Numbered from the stretch's first letter, positions 10,083 to 19,722 are shown. The stretch: DNA of 64,000 nt from Candidatus Micrarchaeota archaeon (GCA_026413965.1 JAOAJY010000003.1:27727-91726); one strand, 5' to 3'. Numbers and translations are program-made. The notes: generated by a model from the letters alone, not told the origin.

Positions 10083-10355
10083 CTAATCCTCATGGGTGTT
10101 CCAAAGCTGCCTTTTCTGGTTCAAAAGCTCCTTTGCCACCGACAAAAGCTGGGTGCTGACCCTCAAAGCCTCATCAGGGGAAAGCCTTATTGCCTGCTGG
10201 GAAACGCTATTGGCTATCCTGATGGTTATCACGCCGTCTCTTGGGAATCCGTTTATCTCCGAGGCTGGCTCAGACTCAATCCGGAGGGCGTTTCTGTGGG
10301 ACTCGCCTTTCTCGTCTTTCCACCAATGGATTATTTCCTCCTCAACTGTCGCCAT
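10083..10355 (-). CDS. Hypothetical protein (90 aa)
   Basis: Protein-like composition; TTTAAA box about 23 nt upstream of the ATG. Confidence 0.7.
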   Translation of the reverse strand: MATVEEEIIHWWKDEKGESHRNALRIESEPASEINGFPRDGVITIRIANSVSQQAIRLSPDEALRVSTQLLSVAKELLNQKRQLWNTHED

Positions 10356-10450
10356 GCTGGAAAGAAAGGAAGCCTTGATTTAAAAAGGAAAGCAGAGCTG
10401 CATGCCGGTGGCCGCAAAGGATTTTAACCTCTTTAGGCAAAACGATTGCT

Positions 10451-10699
10451 ATGAGGTTGGCGCAGGATTTGAAAAGCGACGCAATGAGAAGAAAGGCGAT
10501 AAAGGAGCTGGTCTGCTTCCTGAAGTGCGGCTCTCTATACAACGCATATGCCGTAATGCGGTCCTTTTGGATAACCAAAAAAGAAATAGCTGAGGAGAAT
10601 AGCAGGGTTGGAAAACCCCTGGCTGACAAGGCGATAGAAGAATTTTATAATTATTGCGGAAAGCAGAGGCAGCGCGAATTTTCAAGGAAAAAAAGCTGA
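10451..10699 (+). CDS. Hypothetical protein (82 aa)
   Basis: Fills the intergenic space; TTTTAA box about 23 nt upstream. Confidence 0.55.
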   Translation: MRLAQDLKSDAMRRKAIKELVCFLKCGSLYNAYAVMRSFWITKKEIAEENSRVGKPLADKAIEEFYNYCGKQRQREFSRKKS

Positions 10700-10721
10700 A
10701 AAACCAAAAAAGAAAGGGGAA

Positions 10722-10835
10722 TCATTCCTCCTCTTCCTCTTCCCAATCCTCATCAAAGTCGTCTTCCTCGTCTTCTTCCTCTTCCTCCTCATCCTCATCT
10801 GCCCGAAAGATTGGGAAACGATAAAGGTCGCGCAT
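10722..10835 (-). CDS. Very small acidic protein (37 aa, poly-Asp/Glu tail)
   Basis: AGAGGTG RBS before the ATG at 10835; MRDLYRFPIFRA followed by 25 nearly all D/E residues. Confidence 0.6.
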   Translation of the reverse strand: MRDLYRFPIFRADEDEEEEEEDEEDDFDEDWEEEEEE

Positions 10836-10944
10836 GTTCCACCTCTTTGCGTCAATAAAGATGGAAAAATATAAAAAGCAAAGCCTGGAGCTTTTGGGCA
10901 TCAGGGTTTTAATTCTTGTTTGAAAACACAATTTGGTGGGAGGT

Positions 10945-11187
10945 ATGGGGCTTGTTGAGACCCTAAGCGGGATTGAAAGCCTTCTTTTGCAGCTTGGGCC
11001 TATAATCTCGGTCATACTTATTGTGCTTGGAGGAATAGTCTATGGGCTTGCCCAGACGCAGCCTTCGGACCAGCGCGGAAAGTACATAACGACAGCATAC
11101 GCGATGATTGCTGGGGGCATAGTGGTTGCGGCAATAAGCGGCGCAGCCACCTTGATTGCGCAGAATTCCGCCAATCTTCTCAAGTGA
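10945..11187 (+). CDS. Small two-TM protein, TrbC/VirB2 pilin-like
   Basis: Amphipathic N-terminus, TM-GGIVYG-loop-R.K-TM (AMIAGGIVVAAI) architecture. Confidence 0.55.
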   Translation: MGLVETLSGIESLLLQLGPIISVILIVLGGIVYGLAQTQPSDQRGKYITTAYAMIAGGIVVAAISGAATLIAQNSANLLK

Positions 11188-11908
11188 GTATGGTGTATTT
11201 GCTGATGTATATCTGAGTCTGCAGCACTATAAGGAAAGGCACCAGCACAAGCGAATTTGCCAAAAGCACAGCCAGGGAGCCTATCTTGTATGGGAGCAGG
11301 GAGAGGAAAAGCCAGTCCAGGAAAGAAAGAAGCGCAAATGCTATTGCAATCCAGAGGATGAAATAGGGGAATTTGGAGAACACCATGCTGAATGATTTTT
11401 GGGCTGCCCGGAAGGGGCGAAGCTCATCTATCACCAGCCCGGCAGGGGCAAAAAATAGAGGCAGCCAGACAAGAAGCGAAAGCAGAGGCGAGAGCCATGA
11501 TTGCGAGCCCAGCTCAAATGTCAGCAGCTGGATTATGAGAAGGGCTATGGTGCCAAGCAGAAAGAGGATGAAGACATTGAATGTGTGCCCGGTTATGCCT
11601 TTGACGACCTCGTTTTTTATGTTTGTGGCTGTGCGCTGGCTCTTTATGACAATTGTTATATTCACTATCGCAAACGACATGAGGTAAAGGGATGCCAACA
11701 GGCTGGCTATTATAATCCCAAGCTCAGAAGGCTTCAGATCCGGGATGCTTCCTGTGCGAAGAAAAGTTGCCCCAAGCGCAGAAAAAACCGGCGTATTGAC
11801 AACAGCGGGTATGATGAAAGCAAGAAGCGCGGGGACAGCGAAAAGCGAAATCAGCTTCACATTCTTAAGATATGCATTGATGGAATGGGAGAGGATATTG
11901 TCTGCCAT
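11180..11908 (-). CDS. Multi-pass membrane protein
   Basis: About six hydrophobic segments; RAAQKSFSMV motif typical of DUF7544/GDPD-membrane-like proteins. Confidence 0.8.
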   Translation of the reverse strand: MADNILSHSINAYLKNVKLISLFAVPALLAFIIPAVVNTPVFSALGATFLRTGSIPDLKPSELGIIIASLLASLYLMSFAIVNITIVIKSQRTATNIKNEVVKGITGHTFNVFILFLLGTIALLIIQLLTFELGSQSWLSPLLSLLVWLPLFFAPAGLVIDELRPFRAAQKSFSMVFSKFPYFILWIAIAFALLSFLDWLFLSLLPYKIGSLAVLLANSLVLVPFLIVLQTQIYISKYTILT

Positions 11909-11961
11909 GAATGGCTTTGGCAGTCAGACTATTATAAATCTAGCGCAAGAAAGCTGATGAT

Positions 11962-12777
11962 ATGAGGCATCCTGCGGTTGCAGGCGCGTTTTATACTTCT
12001 TCCCCCTCCCAGCTCCGCTTGGAGGTGCAGCGCTATCTTCAGGAGGCGGATGCAGCCAGAAAGAGCCGGCTTGCGATAGTCTCCCCCCACGCCGGCTACA
12101 TGTACTCGGGAAAATGCGCAGCATATTCTTTCGCCTCATGCTCCAACTGGAAAGAGGAAAGCTTGACTGCGGTTGTGATAGGCCCAAACCACACAGGAAT
12201 GGGTCAGCCAATCGCAGTATCGTTTGAGGACTGGCAGACTCCTCTTGGCGCTGTGGAATGCGACACCCAGCTTGCCCAGGAGATTGTGAACCATGGGAAA
12301 ATTGCCAGGAAAGACGAGCTGGCGCACCTGCGGGAGCATTCCTGCGAGGTGCAGCTCCCGTTCCTCAAAATCTGCGCCCCTAAGGCAAAGGCGGTGTGCA
12401 TCTGCATGGGATGGCAAGACTCAATCGCCGCAGAGGACTTGGGAAGGGCTGTGTTTGGAGCCGCAAAAAAAACAGGAAAGGGCATAATTGTGGTTGCCTC
12501 ATCGGATTTCACCCACTACGAAAGCGCCGAAGAAGCCAGAAGGAAGGACATGGAAGCCATAGACATGCTGCTGAGGCTTGATTGGGAGGGCTTTGAGGAG
12601 CTTGTGGAAAGCAAAAACCTGTCAATTTGCGGGCACGGCCCTATTGCTGCTGCCATGCATTACGCAAAGCTTGCAGGGGCAAAAAAATGCGAGCTTTTGA
12701 AATACACCAACTCCGGGGAGGCAAGCGGGGATTTTGGAAGCGTGGTGGCATACGCTGCGCTTGGGATAAGCAGATAG
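11962..12777 (+). CDS. MEMO1 family protein (AmmeMemoRadiSam protein B)
   Basis: RHPAVAGAFY, PHAGYMYSG, GPNH, EHSCEVQLPF, SSDFTHY, ICGHGP. Confidence 0.95.
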   Translation: MRHPAVAGAFYTSSPSQLRLEVQRYLQEADAARKSRLAIVSPHAGYMYSGKCAAYSFASCSNWKEESLTAVVIGPNHTGMGQPIAVSFEDWQTPLGAVECDTQLAQEIVNHGKIARKDELAHLREHSCEVQLPFLKICAPKAKAVCICMGWQDSIAAEDLGRAVFGAAKKTGKGIIVVASSDFTHYESAEEARRKDMEAIDMLLRLDWEGFEELVESKNLSICGHGPIAAAMHYAKLAGAKKCELLKYTNSGEASGDFGSVVAYAALGISR

Positions 12778-12784
12778 CCGCGCC

Positions 12785-13408
12785 TTAAAACAGAACTTCG
12801 TCCTTTCTCCACGGATATTTGGCGGAGATGATCTTGCGGTGCTGGAAAAGAAAGCCATTTTTTTGCCGCAGGACTTCCTTTGTGAAATAAAGCTCGTATT
12901 TTCCGCCCGCCTCAGAGTGGTATGAGAAGCGCAGATGCATGGTTCCCTCCTGCTTTTTGCCCAAAGACTTGACTATGAAGCCTGCCAAATCCGCTTTCCT
13001 TTCGGCTTCTGGATGGGCTTCGGACACATCCAGGTGGCGCTCATCAATCCTGATAGACTTTCCGTTCAGGGATATTGTTGCCTGGAAATCATAGATGGGA
13101 TGCTTTATGGTCTTGTAGGACAGCGCCGCGCCTCCGTTTGAGCTTTGGAGCTCCCATATGAGTATGGGGCGGACCGCAAGCTCCAGCCTTGCGGTGTCCT
13201 CCTCGCGCTTTGACTCGACGTTGAAATATGCGTAATAAAGAAGCGCAAGGGTGGCTATGCCGGTCAGCGCCTGAAGATAAATCCTGGCCGACTCGGCGTC
13301 AATGCTTCCTGCTTGGAAAAGATATATCACCCAAAGAATCAGAAGAAGAAGGGAAACCACAACAGCGTATATGTACTTTTCGGCAATCCAGCTTGGAAAG
13401 TTGCGCAT
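12785..13408 (-). CDS. Hypothetical membrane-anchored protein
   Basis: Two N-terminal TM helices followed by a beta-rich domain; start placed at MRNFP by promoter spacing (ORF is open to 13423). Confidence 0.7.
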   Translation of the reverse strand: MRNFPSWIAEKYIYAVVVSLLLLILWVIYLFQAGSIDAESARIYLQALTGIATLALLYYAYFNVESKREEDTARLELAVRPILIWELQSSNGGAALSYKTIKHPIYDFQATISLNGKSIRIDERHLDVSEAHPEAERKADLAGFIVKSLGKKQEGTMHLRFSYHSEAGGKYELYFTKEVLRQKNGFLFQHRKIISAKYPWRKDEVLF

Positions 13409-13462
13409 GCATCTGCTTTGCAAAGTAATTTAAAAAGGGTTTTCTTATTAAGGTGGGTTTGC

Positions 13463-14494
13463 ATGGACATCCGAAGCAGGAAAAAGGACCACGTTGATGC
13501 TGCCAGAAAAAAGCCTGTGGAATATGGCTTTGGAAGCGGGCTTGAGGACGTGCGGCTGGCGCACAATTCCCTTCCAGAGCTTGACTTTGAGGATATTGTA
13601 ACCTCGTGCGGATTTTTAGGAAAGAGGCTTGATGCCCCCATCATAATTTCAGGCATGACCGGAGGATATCCTGAGGCTGAAAAAATCAACCTAAGGCTGG
13701 CTGAAGCTGCCGAAGAGGAAAAGGTGGCGTTTGGGCTTGGCTCGCAGCGAGCCATGCTGGAAAAGCCGCAGCTTTCCTCAACATACAAAGTGCGCAAAGT
13801 TGCCCCCACCATTCCGATAATTGGAAACATCGGCGCTTGCCAGCTTGCAAAATACGGGGCGAAAAAAGCCAGGGAGATGCTGGATGAGATTGGCGCGGAT
13901 GCGCTTGCAATCCACCTCAACCCGCTGCAGGAGATGGTGCAGCCTGAGGGGGACAAAAAATTCGCAGGGATAATTTTCCAGATAGAAATCTTCGCAAAGG
14001 ATTTGGGGCTGCCGGTCATTGTGAAAGAGACAGGGGCAGGAATTTCAGGCTTTGCCGCTTCCCTTCTCAAAAAAGCAGGAGCGAAAATGGTGGATGTCTC
14101 TGGGGCAGGCGGAACTTCATGGAGCAAAGTGGAGTATTTGCGAAGCAGGCAAAGGCCAACATTTGCCGATTGGGGCAACCCCACAGCCATTTGCATTGCA
14201 GAATGCTGCAGGATTCTGCCAGTGATTGCAAGCGGCGGAATAAGAAATGGGCTGGATTGCGCAAAAGCAATTGCTTTGGGGGCATCGTATGCAGGCGCTG
14301 CGCTGCCATTCATCCGCTCAAAAGACCCTGCAAAAGAAATTGCGGCCTGGAAAAGCGAGCTTCGCACCGCAATGCTTCTTTGCGGCTCAAAAGATTTGGC
14401 AGCGCTTTCAAAAGCGCGCCTTTTTGTAACAGGAAAGACAGCAGAAGAGATGAGGCTGGCTGGCATCAACCCTTCAATTTATGCAGAAAGGTGA
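13463..14494 (+). CDS. fni: Type 2 isopentenyl-diphosphate delta-isomerase
   Basis: RKKDH, MTGG, GSQR, HLNPLQE.VQPEGD, VKETG, GAGGTSW, ASGGIR. Confidence 0.96.
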   Translation: MDIRSRKKDHVDAARKKPVEYGFGSGLEDVRLAHNSLPELDFEDIVTSCGFLGKRLDAPIIISGMTGGYPEAEKINLRLAEAAEEEKVAFGLGSQRAMLEKPQLSSTYKVRKVAPTIPIIGNIGACQLAKYGAKKAREMLDEIGADALAIHLNPLQEMVQPEGDKKFAGIIFQIEIFAKDLGLPVIVKETGAGISGFAASLLKKAGAKMVDVSGAGGTSWSKVEYLRSRQRPTFADWGNPTAICIAECCRILPVIASGGIRNGLDCAKAIALGASYAGAALPFIRSKDPAKEIAAWKSELRTAMLLCGSKDLAALSKARLFVTGKTAEEMRLAGINPSIYAER

Positions 14495-14520
14495 TGCCGC
14501 TTCTTGGCAGAGTTTCACTA

Positions 14521-14654
14521 GCTGACAGCGCTGTTTTAGGGCAAGTGCATGCATTCGCAGTTGTGGCAATTTTGATGAAAAATGAAAGAACACAACAGCC
14601 ACCGCAAGGTTCGTGATGATGCGGAGGCTTCTGAAAACAGCGCTGCGCGTTAGC
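14521..14654 (+). ncRNA. Candidate structured RNA or miniature inverted-repeat element between fni and gltX
   Basis: Perfect 12-bp inverted repeat (14526-14537/14634-14645), inner stems and a GCAA tetraloop hairpin. Confidence 0.35.
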
Positions 14655-14684
14655 CTCTTAACCTTTCTTCTCTTAAATTAAGGC

Positions 14685-16388
14685 ATGGCTTCTTTGGAGG
14701 AAATCATCCGAAAGCACGTGCTCAAAAATGCGCATGACTACGGGCTTGCCATACCTGCCAAAGTGGTGGGGAAGGTGATTGGGGAGTGCCCAGAGGCGAA
14801 AGCGGATATGAAGGGCACCATGAAGCTCATCAGCGAGGAGGCAAAGCGCGTCAATTCTCTTTCAAAGCAAGAGGTGGAAAAGGAGCTTTCGCAATTCACA
14901 TTTGAGGAAAAGAAGGAGGAAAAGAAAGAGATAGAGCTGCCTGGGGCAGAACAGGGAAAAGTGGTCACCCGGTTTCCCCCTGAGCCATCAGGCTATCTTC
15001 ACATAGGGCATGCCAAAGCCGCATGGCTGGATTACGCCTCTGCAAAAAGGTATGGCGGAAAGCTTCTTCTCAGGTTTGATGACACCAATCCTGAGAAAGA
15101 AAAGCAGGAGTATGTGGATGCCATAAAAAAAGACTTGCTTTGGCTGGGGATAGATTGGCATGACGAGACTTACACTTCAGACAGGATGGATGAGCTTTAT
15201 CGCTTCTGCGAGGAGATGCTCATCAAGCATGCGGCTTATGTTTGCACCTGCCCTCCTGAAAAAATAAAGAAAGGGAGAGAGGAAAAGGTGGCCTGCGATT
15301 GCGCCGCCAGGGATGCGCAGGAGAGCATGGCGCTCTTCCGAAAAATGCGCGACGGGAAAATGGAGGAAGGGGAGGCGGTGGTGCGGTTTCACGGGAACAT
15401 GAAATCAGAAAACACTGTGATGCGCGACCCGACTCTGTTCAGGATAATAAAGGCGCCACACTACCGGCAAGGGAGCAAGTATTCCTGCTGGCCTTCATAC
15501 GATTTTGCTGCGCCCATAATGGACAGCCTTGATGGCGTGACGCACGCTATGAGGACAAAGGAGTACGAGCTTAGGAATGAGCTTTATTTCGGAATACTCA
15601 AGGCATTGGAGCTGCGGGCCCCTAAGCTGATAGAGTTTTCCCGCCTGTCCATAAAGAATGCTCCGCTTTCAAAAAGGCTGATAACGCCGCTTATTGAGCA
15701 GGGCAAGGTGGAAGGATGGGACGACCCGAGGCTTCCCACAATCTCAGCTCTGAGAAGGAGGGGAATATTGCCTGAGGCGATAAAGGAATTTGTCTTGTCA
15801 TTTGGAATCTCAAAGGTGGAATCCGAGCCTGGGTGGCAGAAGCTTTACCATGAGAACAGGAAGCTGTTGGATTCCAAAGCCCAGAGAAGGTATTTTGTTA
15901 GGAATCCGGTCAAGCTTGTGGTGGAAGGCGCTCCGGCAAAGGAGGTTGAGATAAGGAACCACCCTTCAAACATGGAGCTTGGCCAAAGGAGAATCCAGGC
16001 GCAAAGGGAATTTTACATATCAGGAGATGATGCAGAAGCCCTGCAGGCAGGCGAGCTTTTCAGGCTCAAGGAGCTTTACAACGCTACGCTTTTGGGAAAA
16101 AGGCAGGATGCGCTGGTGGCAAAATACGAGGCAGAAGAGGGCATAGCCGCAAAGAAAATACAGTGGGTTCCGTATGGCAAGCAAATAAGCTGCAAGGTCA
16201 AGATACCCAAAGACTTGGTGGACGAGCAGGGGAAGTTCATTGAAAACAGCATGTTGGTCGATTCTGGCTTCTGCGAGCCTTCGTGCGCACAGCTTCCGCA
16301 AGGAAGCATTGTCCAATTCGAAAGATACGGATATGCGAGGCTGGATGAGAAAGGCGAAGGCGGCCTTGTCTTCATCTTCTCTTGCTAA
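14685..16388 (+). CDS. gltX: Glutamate--tRNA ligase (archaeal type)
   Basis: RFPPEPSGYLHIGH, FDDTNP, MRDP, LSKR, GWDDPRLPT, VQFERYGY. Confidence 0.96.
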   Translation: MASLEEIIRKHVLKNAHDYGLAIPAKVVGKVIGECPEAKADMKGTMKLISEEAKRVNSLSKQEVEKELSQFTFEEKKEEKKEIELPGAEQGKVVTRFPPEPSGYLHIGHAKAAWLDYASAKRYGGKLLLRFDDTNPEKEKQEYVDAIKKDLLWLGIDWHDETYTSDRMDELYRFCEEMLIKHAAYVCTCPPEKIKKGREEKVACDCAARDAQESMALFRKMRDGKMEEGEAVVRFHGNMKSENTVMRDPTLFRIIKAPHYRQGSKYSCWPSYDFAAPIMDSLDGVTHAMRTKEYELRNELYFGILKALELRAPKLIEFSRLSIKNAPLSKRLITPLIEQGKVEGWDDPRLPTISALRRRGILPEAIKEFVLSFGISKVESEPGWQKLYHENRKLLDSKAQRRYFVRNPVKLVVEGAPAKEVEIRNHPSNMELGQRRIQAQREFYISGDDAEALQAGELFRLKELYNATLLGKRQDALVAKYEAEEGIAAKKIQWVPYGKQISCKVKIPKDLVDEQGKFIENSMLVDSGFCEPSCAQLPQGSIVQFERYGYARLDEKGEGGLVFIFSC

Positions 16389-16446
16389 CCTGAAAAAGAG
16401 TAAACCTGCTTAATAGCGTTTTTGCAAGAAAGTAATTGGTGATGGC

Positions 16447-16884
16447 ATGGTGAATGAGATGGACGATGCGCCTGCTTTCATTCTGCCTGATGCGGATGGC
16501 AAGGAAAAGAAGCTTAGCGACTTTTATGGCAAGTGGCTGGTGCTTTACTTTTATCCAAAAGACGACACCCCGGGCTGCACCGTGGAGGCGTGCGGCTTTA
16601 GGGACATGGCTGGCCAATACGAAAAGATTGGCGCCCAGGTTGTGGGCATATCCCCAGACCCTCCAAGCTCGCACAAGGCTTTCTCAGGCAAATACAGGCT
16701 CCCATTCACCCTGCTTTCTGACTCCGGCGGCAAAGTGGCTGCAAAATACGGAGCGTGGGCAGGCAAGATGGAGAGGACCACCTTCATAATCTCGCCTGAT
16801 GGAAAAATAATGAAGATTTTCAGGAAAGTGAAGCCTGAAGGGCATGAGAAAGAAGTGCTGGATTGGCTCAAGAAAAACGCATGA
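16447..16884 (+). CDS. bcp: Peroxiredoxin (BCP/PrxQ)
   Basis: LYFYPKDDTPGCTVEACGFRD, LPFTLLSD, RTTF. Confidence 0.95.
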   Translation: MVNEMDDAPAFILPDADGKEKKLSDFYGKWLVLYFYPKDDTPGCTVEACGFRDMAGQYEKIGAQVVGISPDPPSSHKAFSGKYRLPFTLLSDSGGKVAAKYGAWAGKMERTTFIISPDGKIMKIFRKVKPEGHEKEVLDWLKKNA

Positions 16885-17340
16885 CTATCTTTGCTCTGCC
16901 ATGACCACTATGTCTGCTGTGTTCCGCAAAGCCGTGGAGAAGCCAGGCTCGCTTCCAATCACTATGGTCTCCTTGCCAAGCTCCTTGGCTTTCACAAGGA
17001 CAGGGCGGAAGTCGATATCCCGAGTCATGAGAGCGATTGAGTGGATGTGCGGGTTGTAGACTTGCACCATCGCCTCAACCGCCATAGTCACATCCACGTC
17101 CCCTGTTGTGATTATTGGCTCAAAACCCTGGTTGGTCATCGCCTCAATCAGCTTGTCTGAGGCGTACTGGTCCAGAAATATCTTGGAGACCTTGATGGTC
17201 CCATGCTTCTCCACCATCTTTTTGACTGACACCAAATCCACCCTGACATCCTTGCGTATCACGTTGGGGCCGTCAATGAGGAGAGCTATGCATTTCTCTT
17301 TCCCCTTCTTTCCCAGGATAGAGGCGAACTTCTCGAGCAT
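16885..17340 (-). CDS. NYN domain protein (TIGR00288-like)
   Basis: IDGPN, DVDVTMAVEAM, TRDIDF.PV, GFSTALRNTAD. Confidence 0.9.
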   Translation of the reverse strand: MLEKFASILGKKGKEKCIALLIDGPNVIRKDVRVDLVSVKKMVEKHGTIKVSKIFLDQYASDKLIEAMTNQGFEPIITTGDVDVTMAVEAMVQVYNPHIHSIALMTRDIDFRPVLVKAKELGKETIVIGSEPGFSTALRNTADIVVMAEQR

Positions 17341-17353
17341 CCAACCACCCATT

Positions 17354-18085
17354 CTACCTTATCTTGAAAAACTGCGCGGTGTTAAGCAAGGTCTGGGCTT
17401 TGACCTTCTCCACGCTTTCTTGCTTTATCTCAGCAATCATTTTTATGGATGCCAGGGCATCCGACGGGCTTTTGCCTAGGTATGGCGCATCTGACTCTGC
17501 GACCAGGCGCTCAAGCGGCAAAGCCCTCACTACGCGCTTCCTCTCCTTGCTTTTGACAGGAGGCACAGACACCAATGCCCTTCCTGTCCCTGCCGCAGCC
17601 TCCGCAAGGCTGTGCTTGCCGGAGTAGCAGTGGAGCATGAAAGGCAGGCTGAAATTTTGCAGTATGTCAATGCACTCCTGCTCAGCGTCCCTGGAGTGGA
17701 TGACCACCGGAAGAGAAAGCCTCTCTGCAAGCTGAAGCTGGGACACGAAGCATTCATGCTGCAAGAACCTCTCCTCTTGGCTTTTCGCCCAGTGGTAGTC
17801 CAGCCCTATCTCCCCTATTGCCACAAGCTTTCCGCTGTCAGCTATTTTTGAGGCAATCGCCTCTTCCCACTCCGCAAGATACACCTTGATTTCCTTGTGC
17901 TTCATTGCCTCCTGCGGAGAAATGCCTGCGCAAAGGTAAACATTCTGGTGCTCTTGGGCAATCCGAAGGTTGAGCAGATTGGACTGGTGCGAGTAGCCTG
18001 AGGTTATGTGCAGTATGGATGGGTCAAGAATGCCTGCGCACGAATCAAGATGGCAATGCGCATCCGCAAATGAATAGACCGCCAT
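17354..18085 (-). CDS. tatD: TatD family hydrolase
   Basis: DAHCHL, AIGEIGLDY, VIHSRDA, LHCYSG, ESDAPYL. Confidence 0.93.
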   Translation of the reverse strand: MAVYSFADAHCHLDSCAGILDPSILHITSGYSHQSNLLNLRIAQEHQNVYLCAGISPQEAMKHKEIKVYLAEWEEAIASKIADSGKLVAIGEIGLDYHWAKSQEERFLQHECFVSQLQLAERLSLPVVIHSRDAEQECIDILQNFSLPFMLHCYSGKHSLAEAAAGTGRALVSVPPVKSKERKRVVRALPLERLVAESDAPYLGKSPSDALASIKMIAEIKQESVEKVKAQTLLNTAQFFKIR

Positions 18086-18096
18086 TTATTCGCCTT

Positions 18097-18447
18097 CTAC
18101 TCCACATCCCGCAGCTTGCCTTTGAGGAACTTCCTTTTCAGGAAATGCTCATTGACCTTCAGGCTTTTGCGCATGTCCATATACTGCTGGAGAAGAAGGA
18201 CCAGCAGGATGAAAACGAATATGGACTCTGATATGGCAAAAACCTGGAAATCAATGGCTTTCGCAAGGTAAAGCAGCTCAACGGCTATGAACAGCAACGC
18301 AACCAAAAGCCCAAGCCTGAGGGATTTGGCAAAGCCTGCGCCTTTGCCTGCAAAAACAAGCCCCCAGACCTCCTTTACGATGTACAAAGCGACCGCTATG
18401 TTGACCAAGTGGACGCAGAAAAGGAACCATTCGGCAATCTGGCTCAT
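18097..18447 (-). CDS. Small membrane protein
   Basis: Three hydrophobic helices and a basic tail. Confidence 0.7.
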   Translation of the reverse strand: MSQIAEWFLFCVHLVNIAVALYIVKEVWGLVFAGKGAGFAKSLRLGLLVALLFIAVELLYLAKAIDFQVFAISESIFVFILLVLLLQQYMDMRKSLKVNEHFLKRKFLKGKLRDVE

Positions 18448-18497
18448 GCTAAAGATTCGCTTGTCCAGCTTATATGTTTATCGGTGGAAAAAAAGGC

Positions 18498-19025
18498 ATG
18501 AGAGTCTTCGTGGCTATCCCGGTTCCGCCAAAGGCAAGAGAGGAAGTGCGCAAGGCGTGCGCATGCCTGCAGGATGCCTTGGGCGCAAGGATGGTTGACC
18601 CCAAGAACTACCATTTCACGCTGAAATTCATAGGAGAAGCAGGGGAAGAAGAGGCGAGGAGGATTGAGGCTGCGCTTGAAAAAATAGAATTTGAGCCATT
18701 TGAGATTGTGGTTGAGAATGCAGGGGCATTCCCAAGCGCAAGAGTCCCGCGCGCCATCTGGCTGGGAGGGCATTCAGACGGAGCAGCCCAGCTTGCGCAG
18801 AAAGTGGAGGAAGCCCTATCTTTCCTGAATTTGCCCAAGGAAAAATTCAGGCTGCACCTGACGGTTGCGCGCTCAAAAGGGATTGCGGATATTGAGGAAT
18901 TCCTCAAGACTGGGCGCGTGTGCAGCTTTGAGGCAGGCTCATTTGCGCTGATGAAAAGCACTCTTGCGGCGCATGGGGCAATATATGAGACTTTAAGAGA
19001 GTTCCCAGCGCAAAGGGAGGCGTGA
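18498..19025 (+). CDS. thpR: RNA 2',3'-cyclic phosphodiesterase (2H family)
   Basis: MRVFVAI start; HFTLKF and HLTVAR 2H motifs. Confidence 0.93.
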   Translation: MRVFVAIPVPPKAREEVRKACACLQDALGARMVDPKNYHFTLKFIGEAGEEEARRIEAALEKIEFEPFEIVVENAGAFPSARVPRAIWLGGHSDGAAQLAQKVEEALSFLNLPKEKFRLHLTVARSKGIADIEEFLKTGRVCSFEAGSFALMKSTLAAHGAIYETLREFPAQREA

Positions 19026-19029
19026 TTTC

Positions 19030-19722
19030 TTGAGCAAGATAGAGATTGTGCCTGCGATACTTGCCAAAACCAAAGAAGAGTTCTACAGCAAGCTGTCCAA
19101 AGTAGCCCCTTATGTCTCGCGCGTGCAGGTTGATGTGATGGATGGGGAATTTGTGCCAAACAAGACCGTGGGGATTGGAGATATAGGCAAAATTCCTCCC
19201 CATATATTGCCTGAATACCACCTCATGGTTGAGGACCCTGTGGCATACGCTGAGGAAATAGGCAGAAGAGGGGCAGTATATGAAATCCACCTGGAAAGCT
19301 TCACCAAAGCAGGAAGAATGGGCGGCATCGGAAAAAACCCCAAGGCGCAGGATGAGCTGATGGAGGCAATCAGGAGGATAAGGAAGATGGGCGGCAGAGT
19401 GGGGCTGGCGCTCTCTCCAGACACCCCGGCAAGCCAGGCTTTCCCTTTCCTTGGCTATGTTGAGCTTGTGCTGGTGATGACCGTCTATCCAGGATTCTCA
19501 GGGCAGAAGTATATTGCGGAAATGGAGCCCAAGATGCGCCTGCTTGCAGGCAAGGGAGCGCTTGTTGAGGTTGACGGCGGAATCGAGGTTGGGACAGCAA
19601 GAAGGGCGGCTTCCTGCGGAGCGGCTCTGCTTGGCGCAGCATCGGCAATATTCTCAAAGCCTGACGCCAAGAAAGCCATAGATGAGCTTCAGGAGGATGC
19701 GCAGAAGGGGCTGCAAAGCTAA
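19030..19722 (+). CDS. rpe: Ribulose-phosphate 3-epimerase
   Basis: QVDVMDGEFVPN, HLMV, VMTVYPGFSGQ, EVDGGI; TTG start. Confidence 0.9.
   Translation: MSKIEIVPAILAKTKEEFYSKLSKVAPYVSRVQVDVMDGEFVPNKTVGIGDIGKIPPHILPEYHLMVEDPVAYAEEIGRRGAVYEIHLESFTKAGRMGGIGKNPKAQDELMEAIRRIRKMGGRVGLALSPDTPASQAFPFLGYVELVLVMTVYPGFSGQKYIAEMEPKMRLLAGKGALVEVDGGIEVGTARRAASCGAALLGAASAIFSKPDAKKAIDELQEDAQKGLQS

Noticed and set aside
13339..14469. 376-aa antisense ORF over fni
   Set aside because: Mirror frame of a well-conserved gene, with no motifs and Ser/Ala/Pro-biased shadow composition
14545..14622. Resemblance to a fluoride riboswitch (ATGCATTCGC...TGATGATGC) or hammerhead core (TGATGA...GAAA)
   Set aside because: Needs gaps in invariant positions, lacks the hammerhead C3 and stem II, and there is no crcB-type gene downstream; kept only as an unclassified structure
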